IMG/VR virus record: IMGVR_UViG_3300037602_000037
DNA length: 64,000 nt
Strand: one strand, 5' to 3'
Origin: a virus
Taxonomy: Duplodnaviria; Caudoviricetes
A program made the translations under genes and the position numbers. The notes below the pieces were generated by a model, which searched no databases, was not told the DNA's origin, and saw only the letters and a list, made by a program, of their open reading frames with translations. The stretch's first letter is position 1. The number at the start of each line of letters is the position of its first letter. Shown here piece after piece: positions 1-10,034 of the stretch.

Positions 1-30
1 GAAGATGATGATTGGGATGACGACGATTGA
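1..30 (+). CDS. 3' end of upstream gene with acidic tail (EDDDWDDDD*), possibly ssDNA-binding protein
   Basis: Frame 1 reads EDDDWDDDD-stop. An acidic tail next to a recombinase gene is typical of SSBs (inference). Confidence 0.4.
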   Translation, partial: EDDDWDDDD

Positions 31-106
31 GTCTAATGGTTAATCCAGCACAGGGTGTTGTTAATTCGACACCCTGTTCTACAATTGAATACTAGAGGTT
101 ATCAAA

Positions 107-1642
107 TTGGCTCGTAAATCTGAAAAATCTAAAAAATCTAAGAAGTCAAAAAAGTCTAAAAAAGATATTAGTAACATGACAACGCATCAACGCATGTCTA
201 TGTTCTATGCCAGCAGATCAGATGATATTGATACATCTTTGCAATTAGTATCGAATACACTTCAAGATGTTGATAGAATATCCACGGGTGTCCTACAAAT
301 TGACTGGATGCTGGGTGGTGCTATGGTGCCCGGTTTAACTATTTTTTCCGGAGAGGAACAATCTGGTAAGAGTACAGCTTTATTCCATTCCTTAGCCTCG
401 TCGGTAGGAGTATTGAAACTACCATACAACGTATTGTACGACGCTGAAGGTTCCGTATCCAAGCATTATACTGGTAGTATTTGGGCACCTTTTGGCTTAG
501 ACGCTGACGAACTAATATCCAAAAAGGGTAAGGAAAAAGGTTTCTTCTACGTTCGTAACCAAGTTATCGAAAAGATGTTTGATTACGTTAAGAAAACACT
601 TAAAAATGTTCCTGATAAACACTGGAATAGTGAAGCAAAATCATGGGCCTACTATTTTCCTAAGCGGGACGACGATGCTAAGGCCATGATGGAAATGATG
701 GGAGCTAAACCGGATAGGACACTTTCTGCTAACAGCGCTTTCTACGTGGTGCCTACTGAATACTCCGGATCAGAAGGATTATTTTGTGCTGATAGTTTCG
801 CCTCCCTGTTAACAAAAGCTTCTGAAGAAAAGGAAGATTCTGGTTCCGAACGTTCTGCTATGGAAGCATCGGAGTTTAGTAAACAACTAAAGCGTATCAA
901 GGTTGATTTGTTCGATAAAAAGATAGCAATGCTTGGTACTAACCAACTTAGGTCACATGTTAGAGCAGTATATGGAGGACCTGATGCTCAATTATACGAC
1001 GCTGGCGGTAACGCATTAAGGTTCTACAGTGAAGCTAGAGCCCGTTTCTTCTCTAGAAGCGCGTCGTCTGCTAAGAAATTTGGTGGTTCCTTCGACTACG
1101 ATAGAGAAGCATCTCAATTTGGTATTGAGAAATCAGTAGAAGCTGACGGTACTGATAGATACGCTTATAAAGAAATAAAAAATACCAAGAATAAATTTGG
1201 TAAACCTGGTCTTAAAACACTCATTCGTATATGGGTTTCCGATGCAAATGGTAAACCAAGAGGCATTGACCCTGTATTCGACGTTTTCATGCACTTATAC
1301 AATACCCGACAAATACGTAAGACTGGTAAGAATAAGGCCCCATATGCCTTTAGCTTAGACGTTACTCTCGGTAAAGAGTTCTCCGGAAGAATGAATGATG
1401 CGGAACCATTTACCTTTCTTACGTTGAAGAAACTAGTTGTTGGAGAGTACACCGACAATGCTAGACTAGTGAAGGAGGCGGCAAATGAACTAGGTATATC
1501 TTTTAAACCTCGATTGAGAGATAGATTGTTTAAACAACTTAAACATGATGACGGTGGTCTTTACTCTAACATTCGTAAATCCTCCAATACAGAAGCTGAA
1601 GAAATGGAGGATGACGATGGAGAAGATTACGAGGAATTGTAA
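107..1642 (+). CDS. recA: RecA/UvsX-like recombinase
   Basis: Walker A GEEQSGKST, YDAEGS, DSFASL, TNQLR and GGNALRFYS match RecA motifs. Lys-rich N-terminus and acidic C-terminus. Confidence 0.9.
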   Translation: MARKSEKSKKSKKSKKSKKDISNMTTHQRMSMFYASRSDDIDTSLQLVSNTLQDVDRISTGVLQIDWMLGGAMVPGLTIFSGEEQSGKSTALFHSLASSVGVLKLPYNVLYDAEGSVSKHYTGSIWAPFGLDADELISKKGKEKGFFYVRNQVIEKMFDYVKKTLKNVPDKHWNSEAKSWAYYFPKRDDDAKAMMEMMGAKPDRTLSANSAFYVVPTEYSGSEGLFCADSFASLLTKASEEKEDSGSERSAMEASEFSKQLKRIKVDLFDKKIAMLGTNQLRSHVRAVYGGPDAQLYDAGGNALRFYSEARARFFSRSASSAKKFGGSFDYDREASQFGIEKSVEADGTDRYAYKEIKNTKNKFGKPGLKTLIRIWVSDANGKPRGIDPVFDVFMHLYNTRQIRKTGKNKAPYAFSLDVTLGKEFSGRMNDAEPFTFLTLKKLVVGEYTDNARLVKEAANELGISFKPRLRDRLFKQLKHDDGGLYSNIRKSSNTEAEEMEDDDGEDYEEL

Positions 1643-1651
1643 GAATCTACT

Positions 1652-1713
1652 AAACGTTTGTCTGATAAGGCTAAATAAGACCTATTTACAAGACCTTCGT
1701 TTAGTAGTAAAAT
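1652..1713 (+). promoter_or_regulatory. sigma70-like promoter with upstream AAACGTTTGT box
   Basis: AAACGTTTGT 1652-1661; TTTACA(1685)-N17-TAAAAT(1708). Confidence 0.55.
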
Positions 1714-1797
1714 AAGGCGGTGGTTTAACCGTAAAGATACCACAGCGGATAACTATATAAGCCGCCTAAACCAAACGCAACATAAAGGAAATACACC

Positions 1798-2208
1798 ATG
1801 GCTCGTAAGGCTAGTGCTAAGAATAAACTGCTCGCCCTCGTTGAGGAAATGGATGAAGATGCTGTAAAGGCGCTTACCGCCCTCATCGAAACTATGAGTG
1901 GTTCCGCCGGTGGTGGCGGTGACGACCTCGATGATGAAGACCTCGACGACGAGGATCTGGATGACGATCTGGATGATGATGACGACGATCTGGACGACGA
2001 CGATGACATGGACGACGAGGACGATGACGACCTCGACGATGACCTAGATGATCTGGATGATGATGATCTGGATGACGACGAGGACGAAGAAGAAGAAAAG
2101 CCGAAGCGTGGTCGCAAGAAGGCTGCTAAGAAGACCAAGAAGACCAAGAAGCCCGCTAAGAAGAAGGCTGCTAAGAAGACCAAGAAGACCAAGAAGAAAA
2201 AGAAGTAA
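1798..2208 (+). CDS. low-complexity acidic/basic (Asp-rich then histone-H1-like Lys-rich) protein
   Basis: AAGGA RBS; long D/L tract followed by KKTKK/KKAAKK repeats. Confidence 0.75.
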   Translation: MARKASAKNKLLALVEEMDEDAVKALTALIETMSGSAGGGGDDLDDEDLDDEDLDDDLDDDDDDLDDDDDMDDEDDDDLDDDLDDLDDDDLDDDEDEEEEKPKRGRKKAAKKTKKTKKPAKKKAAKKTKKTKKKKK

Positions 2209-2282
2209 TTTTTCTTCGCATACAGCAGACGGGGCTCTTTGATTTTAGCCCCGTCTAACTTACCATATAAAAGGAAAAGCGA

Positions 2283-2774
2283 ATGTCCAATCATGTTGTA
2301 GCCAGTGTATCTGGTGTTTCACTATCGCCCCAACGTATTGTGGGGCGAGTTACCGAAAACGGTGGAATGGTTTCCATCGAGTATAAGGAACCCGGCAAGG
2401 TCAAGACTGTATCTAAAACCTGGCCGTCCTCAGAGCCTATTGCGTATATGGTAGGTGATGCAGGATTCGTTGTCGTCGCTACTAACGATCCTATTGCACA
2501 CTTCACTGGTACCCTCCATACTAAGAACGGCAAGAACATTGTCAAGACGGAAGCCGGTCTGGTACACGTGAATAAGAGTCCTTATGCATACGTGGATATG
2601 CGTGAAGTAGACGAAGATTCCAAGGAAGCTAAGGCTGCTGCTAGGGCGTCTAAGGTTAAGAGCAAGATCAAGCCAAAGGACAAAAAGTCCAAGAAGGATA
2701 AGAAGTCGAAGAAAAGCAAGGGTGATGGAGTACCCGCTGCGAAGAAGAAAAAGAAGAAGAAGAACAAGGAATAA
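2283..2774 (+). CDS. hypothetical protein with Lys-rich C-terminal tail
   Basis: ORF with AAGGA RBS, followed by a terminator. Confidence 0.75.
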   Translation: MSNHVVASVSGVSLSPQRIVGRVTENGGMVSIEYKEPGKVKTVSKTWPSSEPIAYMVGDAGFVVVATNDPIAHFTGTLHTKNGKNIVKTEAGLVHVNKSPYAYVDMREVDEDSKEAKAAARASKVKSKIKPKDKKSKKDKKSKKSKGDGVPAAKKKKKKKNKE

Positions 2775-2795
2775 TAGCTACTTCTTTGTTACTGG

Positions 2796-2839
2796 AAGTG
2801 GGTTGGAGCTTTCCGGAGTTCTAACCCACTTTCTATTTT
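2796..2839 (+). terminator. intrinsic terminator
   Basis: AAGTGGGTTGGAGCT / AGTTCTAACCCACTT stem followed by T-rich run. Confidence 0.7.
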
Positions 2840-2852
2840 ATGGGGTTTAGAT

Positions 2853-3098
2853 ATGATTACTATTGAAGAAAATGAATTTGGTTTCCATGCTTTAGAGGTT
2901 GGTTCTTTTACAGTAATTTTATCTAGCCATAAATCATTATGTGAACGTATGGCACGCATTCTTTCAAGTTGTCGTAATATGCCGTATCGTACAGCGATAA
3001 AGACTATAATAGAAGATATTGGGTTTGACGAAGAATACGCTAAGAAAGTGTACCACGCTCTTTGTGAAACTAGTAATATGCCTACAACTGTGCAATGA
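2853..3098 (+). CDS. hypothetical protein
   Basis: ORF track; fills the gap in operon orientation. Confidence 0.6.
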   Translation: MITIEENEFGFHALEVGSFTVILSSHKSLCERMARILSSCRNMPYRTAIKTIIEDIGFDEEYAKKVYHALCETSNMPTTVQ

Positions 3099-3115
3099 TA
3101 ATTAGGGAGGTAAAA

Positions 3116-3333
3116 ATGTGGGATAAAATTAAATCCTATGGGTTTACAATTGATATTCCTATTTTGGGTACTTGTAAATATTTCATGATAATGAACTACG
3201 CGCTATTAAAAATATACTTGGTTTAAGTATTCGTGATTTGGTTAATATGAGTAGAGGCTCTGAGAATAATTATTATATAATAACTAAATCAGATGTTGAT
3301 ATGCTACCAATAGCTAGTTCTATAAAGGATTGA
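3116..3333 (+). pseudogene. small ORF apparently broken by a 1-nt deletion (or sequencing error)
   Basis: Strong GGGAGG RBS before ATG 3116. The -1 frame from ~3181 stays open to TGA 3331-3333, just before gyrB. Adding one base gives a 72-aa ORF. Confidence 0.45.
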
Positions 3334-3337
3334 ACAC

Positions 3338-5194
3338 ATGTCCAAGTATGATGAAAGTAACATTGAAAGGCACGCCGGTCTTTCTGGTATTAGGAAGAAA
3401 CCAGTTGTTTACATTGGACCTAATGATTCAAATGGTTTGTGGACTATCCTTCGCGAGCCTGCCGATAACGGCGTTGACCTTGCATTAAAAGGACTTAATA
3501 AGCATATACACATTGTAATGGATCCTTCTCCTAATAAGTACTGGATTATTGATAGTGGTCCAGGTTTTCCTGTTGGTAAGAAAGTATTTGAGGATGAAAG
3601 AGGCCGCAAAGAAAAGCTGTCTACTTTCTACGTAGCAACTGGTCTTACACACGCTGGTAGTAACTTTGATTCTGATAAGATAAGTCGAGGAACGCATGGT
3701 ATTGGCATCAAAGCTTCTAATGCTATGTCTAAAAACTTCAAAGTATGGACGTATAGAGACGGTTGGTATGCTATTGAATATAAGTCTGGTAAGTTGCATA
3801 AAGACGTGTATAAAACTAAGGCCCCTAAGTTACCCCACGGCATCAAGGTTAAACAAGGTTCCGTAGTTTGTATGGAGCCTGAGCTTCCGCTATTTACCAA
3901 AAAAGCTAAACTAAATCTAAAGGATGTAATAGATTGGTGTAAGTTATCTTCATACTTGGTACCCGGATTGAAAGTCCAGCTTACAGTTAGTAATGGCAAG
4001 TCAAAAGTATTCAAAACTAAGGGATTGGGAGCTTACCTTGATAATAGGTTGGAAGAACTTAAAGCTGAATCACCCGGAAAGCATTTCGTAGCTAATAGCC
4101 CCGTTATTGACGTAGCTTTGAGTTTCGCCAATGCTGAATCAACGGAAGTTGATGCGTATACAAATGGTCTACTAAATGCTGAGGGTGGTGAACACGTTAA
4201 AGCGGTATTCGATGCTATTACTGCTAGTTTGAAACCTTATAAGGGTAAAAACAATTATACTCCTTCAGATTTGAGAGACGGGCTAGTAGGTTTGGTCAAC
4301 TGTAAGATTGCTGCACCTAAATTTAATAACCAGCGTAAAGATGCTCTTCTTGACGATCGTGCGTATAAACCTTGTTATGAAGACACCTTGAAAGCGCTAG
4401 AGGCTTTCTGGAAGTCCAACAAGAAACTTGCTAAAGAAGTGGTATCTAGAGCGGCATTATTGCGAGCTAAGACTACTGACTTTCTAAAAGATAAGAAACT
4501 TATTCGCAACGTTAAGTCGGCATCTAAGAAAATGTCTACCAAACTAGCAGATATTTCTAGTTCTAAAACACCTGTTGAAGAAAGAGAATTGTTTCTTGTA
4601 GAAGGCGATAGCGCGGCTGGTCCTGCTAAGAAAGCTAGGAATATGTCGTTCCAAGCCACGTTTGCTCTGCGTGGTAAACCCTTAAATGTTATGGACGCTT
4701 CAAAGGATAAGGTAAATAATAACGCAGAAGTAACTGGTATTCTAGCGGCTATAGGACTAGGTAGTGGTAAGAATGAAAAAGACATTCGATACGGCAAGAT
4801 CATATTCCTCGCAGACCCAGACGTGGACGGTAGCCACATTAACTGTTTGTTGATGACGTTATTTTGGAAATATGTACCACACTTGTTTAAAGAGGGTAAA
4901 ATATTTATGGTACGCGCTCCTGAATACTACGCGGAACACAAAGGTGAAATTTACTTCGCGGATACCCCAAAAGAAGTTTACAAACTGGCTAATTCAAATA
5001 AGATAACTGTTAGACACGTTAAGGGTTGGGGTGAACTAGACGCTGTTAAAATGAAGCCGATGATATTTGATAAAGAAACTAGGCAACTAATACAGGTTAA
5101 ACCACCTAAAGATAAAAACGCGGTAAAGGAATTTGAATCCTTGATGGGTAAATCTCCTATCTTTAGACAGAAACTACTAGGCGTGAGTGCTTGA
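3338..5194 (+). CDS. gyrB: type II topoisomerase, GyrB/ParE-like subunit
   Basis: GHKL motifs (EPADNGVD, DSGPG, GTHGIG); TOPRIM EGDSA, LRGK, DPDVDGSHI, KGWGE. Confidence 0.95.
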   Translation: MSKYDESNIERHAGLSGIRKKPVVYIGPNDSNGLWTILREPADNGVDLALKGLNKHIHIVMDPSPNKYWIIDSGPGFPVGKKVFEDERGRKEKLSTFYVATGLTHAGSNFDSDKISRGTHGIGIKASNAMSKNFKVWTYRDGWYAIEYKSGKLHKDVYKTKAPKLPHGIKVKQGSVVCMEPELPLFTKKAKLNLKDVIDWCKLSSYLVPGLKVQLTVSNGKSKVFKTKGLGAYLDNRLEELKAESPGKHFVANSPVIDVALSFANAESTEVDAYTNGLLNAEGGEHVKAVFDAITASLKPYKGKNNYTPSDLRDGLVGLVNCKIAAPKFNNQRKDALLDDRAYKPCYEDTLKALEAFWKSNKKLAKEVVSRAALLRAKTTDFLKDKKLIRNVKSASKKMSTKLADISSSKTPVEERELFLVEGDSAAGPAKKARNMSFQATFALRGKPLNVMDASKDKVNNNAEVTGILAAIGLGSGKNEKDIRYGKIIFLADPDVDGSHINCLLMTLFWKYVPHLFKEGKIFMVRAPEYYAEHKGEIYFADTPKEVYKLANSNKITVRHVKGWGELDAVKMKPMIFDKETRQLIQVKPPKDKNAVKEFESLMGKSPIFRQKLLGVSA

Positions 5195-5195
5195 T

Positions 5196-6620
5196 ATGTC
5201 AGAAGTAACCGAAACAGTTCATTTGAATGACAAGGCTAAAGTAGAATACAAACGCTACGGCATTCATACTATTGAGGACCGGGCGATTTTCGGGGAGATA
5301 GACGGATTAAAACCGGTAGCTAGAAGATTGGTTTGGGCTGCCCATAAAATGGGTTTGCGAAATAGTGGTAAGTTCACAAAAGCCGCTAAGGTAATCGGCG
5401 AAACTATGGGTAACTTTCACCCACATGGCGACCAAGCTATTGCCGGGGCTCTAGTAACATCTGTTAACCAAACCATTCCTTTGTTCGATGGGTCGGGTAA
5501 CTGGGGTACAATGACAGACCCAGCCGCAGCCCCGCGATACATAGAATGTAAACTATCAAAATATTCTGATAGAGTGTTTCTTGATAGCTTTTACCTGCCT
5601 ATTAACTACACAGTTCCTAACTATGATGATTCAACCCAGGAACCTTTGATACTTCCTGCCTTATTGCCTAACGCGCTATTGAACGGTAACTTTGGTATAG
5701 CTCCAGGTGTTAGAACTCAAACACCCACGTTTACTTTGAAATCGCTGTCTAAGGTTATTATTAAGTCCCTGCAAAAGGGCGGGTGTACCCCAAAGATTTG
5801 TATGGGTCTTGAGTTTACTACTGAACTGGGCGGCACTTTAAACATAGAAAACCCTGCTAATAAAAGGGAACTAGTACCATTCTATAAAACTGGTAAAGGT
5901 AGGTTTAACTTTTCTTCTGGCTACATAGAAGAAAAGAATGGTATTCGTATTAATCGCTTTGCTCCTATATCCAATATAGAAGGTATCATTAACAAGATAT
6001 CTGATATGCCGGGAGTTAAACGTATTCGTGACGACTCCTCAATTAAGGATAAATACAATGCTTATTTTGTAGAATTTAACAAATCTTTGAAGGGTTCTGA
6101 TAAAGAAGCAGTTATAGCAAAAGTTATGGAAGCCTTCTCTGCTAACGTAAGCTTCAATGTGCAGGTAACCAAACGAGAACCTGATGGAAATGGAGGTAGT
6201 ACAAAAAGACTTTCGCCTACGTCAGTTCCGGAAATGATAAATAACTGGATTGCCTATAGAATAGATATCGAGAAAAAGGCATGTAAGTACTGGACAGATA
6301 AACGTCGTTCTGAAATAGCACACCTTGAACTACTACGTCTTGCTGTAGCTAATAGACGAATGATAATACAAGCTTTGGACAAAAATATCGATGATGAAAA
6401 ACTAGCTAAATACATTGCTAAGAAATTGAAAATAACTGTCGAGCAAGCTAACACAATTCTGGATCTTAAAATTCGTCAACTTAAGGCTCTTGAAGATAAA
6501 AAGTTGGTAGCTAAGATAAAAGAATTGAACAAAGAGATTAAGGGGTACAAACTTAGGATTAGTAATCCTAAAACGTTTATCGCCAAGCACGTTATAGACC
6601 TGTATAAACAGCTAAAATAA
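5196..6620 (+). CDS. gyrA: type II topoisomerase, GyrA/ParC-like subunit (no C-terminal pinwheel)
   Basis: DGLKPVARR, FHPHGD, GNWG, catalytic AAPRY. Confidence 0.95.
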   Translation: MSEVTETVHLNDKAKVEYKRYGIHTIEDRAIFGEIDGLKPVARRLVWAAHKMGLRNSGKFTKAAKVIGETMGNFHPHGDQAIAGALVTSVNQTIPLFDGSGNWGTMTDPAAAPRYIECKLSKYSDRVFLDSFYLPINYTVPNYDDSTQEPLILPALLPNALLNGNFGIAPGVRTQTPTFTLKSLSKVIIKSLQKGGCTPKICMGLEFTTELGGTLNIENPANKRELVPFYKTGKGRFNFSSGYIEEKNGIRINRFAPISNIEGIINKISDMPGVKRIRDDSSIKDKYNAYFVEFNKSLKGSDKEAVIAKVMEAFSANVSFNVQVTKREPDGNGGSTKRLSPTSVPEMINNWIAYRIDIEKKACKYWTDKRRSEIAHLELLRLAVANRRMIIQALDKNIDDEKLAKYIAKKLKITVEQANTILDLKIRQLKALEDKKLVAKIKELNKEIKGYKLRISNPKTFIAKHVIDLYKQLK

Positions 6621-6704
6621 GCGTTGTAAAAATAGGTGAATTACCGTAAAATAACTACGGGTAACGATTTAATAACCCAGGGACAAACACAAGAGGAATG
6701 AGTT

Positions 6705-7697
6705 ATGTCTAATCAACTTCTATACACCAACCCTGTATACATCAAGCCGTGGGGAATTGTCGTGTCCCCTGATTGCATCGGTAATATGCTATCTTTCTTT
6801 ACAAAGGAGCAAGCGGAATACCAACTGGTACAGTCCGAAAATCCTTTCGAAGATACTTCCATTAGTGTACGTGTTATTCGTAAGTACACCTTTGGATGTG
6901 ATGTTCTTATTGAGCGTCATATACTCGATCTTATCGAAGGTGCGGAACATTTCAATAGTGCTCGTTTCTCTGAAGTAGAGGCTATTGAATTTCTCAATGA
7001 AGAAAAATTAAAAGAAGAAGAAAAACCGAAGCGAGGCCGTCGCCGCAAAAACGATGAAGAGGATGACGAAGAACTAGATGCAGAGGAAATGAAGAATAAT
7101 GCTGTAGAAATCCTGCATGAAATGCAGGTTAATACTATCGCAGTAAGTTTTAACCTGTATGAGATTGTAACGGAAGGACAGCAAACCCCGTTCATGGATA
7201 GTATGGTTGTAACTAAGAAGGTCGAGGGTTCTAAAAATCCTGACGTCATGAATGAGCGTATTCGTGCTAAACTCGCCCAGCTTAGTAAGCTCTCCAAAGA
7301 ACGTAACATGGTTCTAAATTCTCTCCGTACCCCTTCGGAAGAAGATGTAACTGGTTCTATGACTATCGATTCCATCGACGACGAATCAGTAAAGAACATC
7401 GACAGGGCTGGCCTTGAGCGTTATGAAAATTCCCAGAAGGCTAAACTTGCTAAGGTTGAAGAAAACATGAGGGAAATTTACGATTCCCTAAACGACAAAA
7501 TCGTTCAACCTTTCAATAAAACTCTGAAAGGTCTTTCCCGGCGTAAGATTTTCAATCCTAATGGGGTTGTTATCGAAGAAGAAACTATTTCGCTTGGAAC
7601 TTTGATTGATCTGCTACATTCCGAAGCTCTTATCGAGTTGTCTCGCAACTCTAAAGGTGGTTTCCGGGCTCCTGCTCGTTCCTCCGCATCGGAATAA
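6705..7697 (+). CDS. hypothetical protein
   Basis: 330-aa ORF, GAGGA RBS, downstream terminator. Confidence 0.8.
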   Translation: MSNQLLYTNPVYIKPWGIVVSPDCIGNMLSFFTKEQAEYQLVQSENPFEDTSISVRVIRKYTFGCDVLIERHILDLIEGAEHFNSARFSEVEAIEFLNEEKLKEEEKPKRGRRRKNDEEDDEELDAEEMKNNAVEILHEMQVNTIAVSFNLYEIVTEGQQTPFMDSMVVTKKVEGSKNPDVMNERIRAKLAQLSKLSKERNMVLNSLRTPSEEDVTGSMTIDSIDDESVKNIDRAGLERYENSQKAKLAKVEENMREIYDSLNDKIVQPFNKTLKGLSRRKIFNPNGVVIEEETISLGTLIDLLHSEALIELSRNSKGGFRAPARSSASE

Positions 7698-7712
7698 ATA
7701 TTTGCAACATTG

Positions 7713-7748
7713 GTAGGTCGCTGTTATCTTAATAAGCGACCTACTTTT
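7713..7748 (+). terminator. intrinsic terminator
   Basis: GTAGGTCGC...GCGACCTAC stem then TTTT. Confidence 0.7.
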
Positions 7749-7766
7749 ATCAAAAAGGGTACGATA

Positions 7767-8423
7767 ATGCTTTCTGAAGAAGAACTGTCTAGTTCATTAG
7801 AAAAAAGGGTACTATCCCCAGCTCAAATCAGTGAAGCTGAAAAGGCTATGGCTACTTTTCTTGACATAATGGGTTGTGATTTAAATGATCCAAATGTAGA
7901 AGGTACACCGCGTAGGTTTACTAAAATGTTTGCGGAAGAACTGACTAGTGGATCTCTAGACGGTGTTAAGCTAACAACGTTTCCTACGCCAAACGTGGGT
8001 AATCAATTTGTAGTTGTTAACGATATTACTGTGCATTCTACATGCAGTCATCATCTAATGCCTATTCGTGGTGTAGCTCATGTGGGTGCTTTTTACTTCG
8101 CTAATGAAACTGATAGTGGTTCGATGACTATGCTACCTGGACTTAGTAAATATGCAAGGGTCGTAGAAGCGTTTAGTCGTACACTGCAATTACAAGAACG
8201 ACTTACTAATCAAATTACAGAGACTATTTTTAGTAAGTTTAACGCAGACTGGGTAGGTGTATTTCTTACTGCTGAACATATGTGTATGGGTCATAGGGGT
8301 GTACGTTTACACGGTAGTAAAACAGTTACAGAATCATTTAGAATGTCTGAAAGGTTTAAGGAAAGCCCGATGACACACGATGAAATGCTTTCTAAATTCA
8401 ACAACGCTATTACAAATAGGTAA
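7767..8423 (+). CDS. folE: GTP cyclohydrolase I
   Basis: TPRRFTKM, CSHHLMP, GLSK, LQLQERLT and EHMCMGHRG motifs. Confidence 0.95.
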   Translation: MLSEEELSSSLEKRVLSPAQISEAEKAMATFLDIMGCDLNDPNVEGTPRRFTKMFAEELTSGSLDGVKLTTFPTPNVGNQFVVVNDITVHSTCSHHLMPIRGVAHVGAFYFANETDSGSMTMLPGLSKYARVVEAFSRTLQLQERLTNQITETIFSKFNADWVGVFLTAEHMCMGHRGVRLHGSKTVTESFRMSERFKESPMTHDEMLSKFNNAITNR

Positions 8424-8441
8424 TTTAAATAGGAATATTTC

Positions 8442-10034
8442 ATGTCCCCACCTTTTACATTACCAGGACGGGAAATGTCTAAAGCCTTCCAAGATAAACG
8501 CTTTAGATTTTATCCATGTGGTTATAAAGCCCGTGATATGGATACTTTTGTATATGTTAAGTATAAAAGTTCAAAAGAACAGAACTACGATGGTAAGCAC
8601 TCCATCGTAGATACTTCTGCGGATTATGTGCATTTTGATTTGCCTGATAGGGAACTTCTTTTTACAAGGCAGGCTAGGGTTATTGACGGTGATAGACCAT
8701 TTAATAAACCCAAAGGACAGGGTAACTGGCATTCTGGTATAGCCTTTTCTGTAGCTTCTTCTGTGGGGGACGATTTACCATTTGATAGGTTCATGATTAA
8801 CCCTCACGCCTTTACTCCTAATACAGAACCTAGACTTCGTGATCCTAATAGCAATGTGACTACGGATAAAGTAGTAATCAGTGACTCTGGTGGGTTCCAA
8901 ATGGGTCACGGATCGGTTAACTTTATTCACCCAGGCGAATTAGCAGAGTTCTACAATAGAAACGCTGATGAAGGGATGGTACTTGATATACCCGCTAGAG
9001 CACTGGGCGACCACGAAATTTTGAAGCACACTGCGCGCGTTCAAAATCTAAATACTAAGTACATGATGAAACATTTGAAGAAAGGGTTCAGAATAGGACA
9101 GGTTGTCCACGGCCTATCTCTGGATAGGGTCGATAAGTTTAGGGCGCGTACAGAACCAACTGGTGACTTTCCTATTCTTAGTATATCGGGTTCCTTGAAA
9201 TTCAATCTTTTAGAAGGCATACACCGTATCCTCCATATCATTATGAGTGGTAAGCGCTACGAACAATACCATATTCTTGGTGTTAGTAATCCTCCATTCT
9301 TTGCTGTAGCTATTCGTATGGCATACATTTTGAAGAAGAAAGGTATCAATGTACTAATAACCGCTGACTCAAGTAGTCCTATTGCTTTTAGTTTGAAGCA
9401 TACTTTCTACTCCCAACGAGTATTTCATGAAGGTCTGTTTCCTACTAGGTTCGGTATTAAAATGTCATCAAATGCCGACGCTCCTGCTGGCGAAGTTCTA
9501 AACGTACACAGAAGGATCAGTTCAAACGATCCGCTAACGCAAGTGCTAGGCGGTTATCAAGATATTATTTCAGCTTATAGTAGCACCATAACACAGTTAC
9601 ATTTGATATATGCCAACCAAGTGGAAGTATGTCGGTATGTTAACCAAATGTGTGATTATGCAGATGTTCTTGACCACAAAACATATAAAGCGTTGGTTAA
9701 AGAACAGTATGCAAGATCTTCACACGCCCACATTATGGGAGCCGCGCTAGATTACCTAGAAGATTTTTATGAGCATGATTTGAAACACGCTTATAATAAG
9801 TACAAGTTTTACATGCCTCAATTTAGCGGAGAAAAGGGAATGCATAAGTTCCCTGCTATGGAAGATAATGAAACTATGGTAGAAGAAAAAGAGAATTTTT
9901 CAGTTACCAGGAAAAGACTAATAAGAGTGATAAAAGGATACATCGATTTCCACAAAACAGGTAAAGTTCCTGATAGTGTGGTAAAACGAGTGCCGGATAA
10001 GAAAAAAGTGAGTTCACTCAAAATTAGGTTGTAA
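8442..10034 (+). CDS. dpdA: TGT-family transglycosylase, likely DNA 7-deazaguanine insertase (DpdA-like)
   Basis: DSGGFQ, LDIP, VVHG, HILGV and ADSSS TGT motifs; directly downstream of folE. Confidence 0.8.
   Translation: MSPPFTLPGREMSKAFQDKRFRFYPCGYKARDMDTFVYVKYKSSKEQNYDGKHSIVDTSADYVHFDLPDRELLFTRQARVIDGDRPFNKPKGQGNWHSGIAFSVASSVGDDLPFDRFMINPHAFTPNTEPRLRDPNSNVTTDKVVISDSGGFQMGHGSVNFIHPGELAEFYNRNADEGMVLDIPARALGDHEILKHTARVQNLNTKYMMKHLKKGFRIGQVVHGLSLDRVDKFRARTEPTGDFPILSISGSLKFNLLEGIHRILHIIMSGKRYEQYHILGVSNPPFFAVAIRMAYILKKKGINVLITADSSSPIAFSLKHTFYSQRVFHEGLFPTRFGIKMSSNADAPAGEVLNVHRRISSNDPLTQVLGGYQDIISAYSSTITQLHLIYANQVEVCRYVNQMCDYADVLDHKTYKALVKEQYARSSHAHIMGAALDYLEDFYEHDLKHAYNKYKFYMPQFSGEKGMHKFPAMEDNETMVEEKENFSVTRKRLIRVIKGYIDFHKTGKVPDSVVKRVPDKKKVSSLKIRL

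Noticed and set aside
1918-2205. CRISPR array or DNA-level tandem repeat
   Set aside because: The repeats are codon-level (Asp/Leu and Lys/Thr) within a protein, with no repeat-spacer pattern. No CRISPR array was seen in the window.
1725-2294. Reverse-strand Ser/Phe-rich ORF and similar antisense ORFs across 1-56 kb
   Set aside because: Shadows of low-complexity or long + strand genes.
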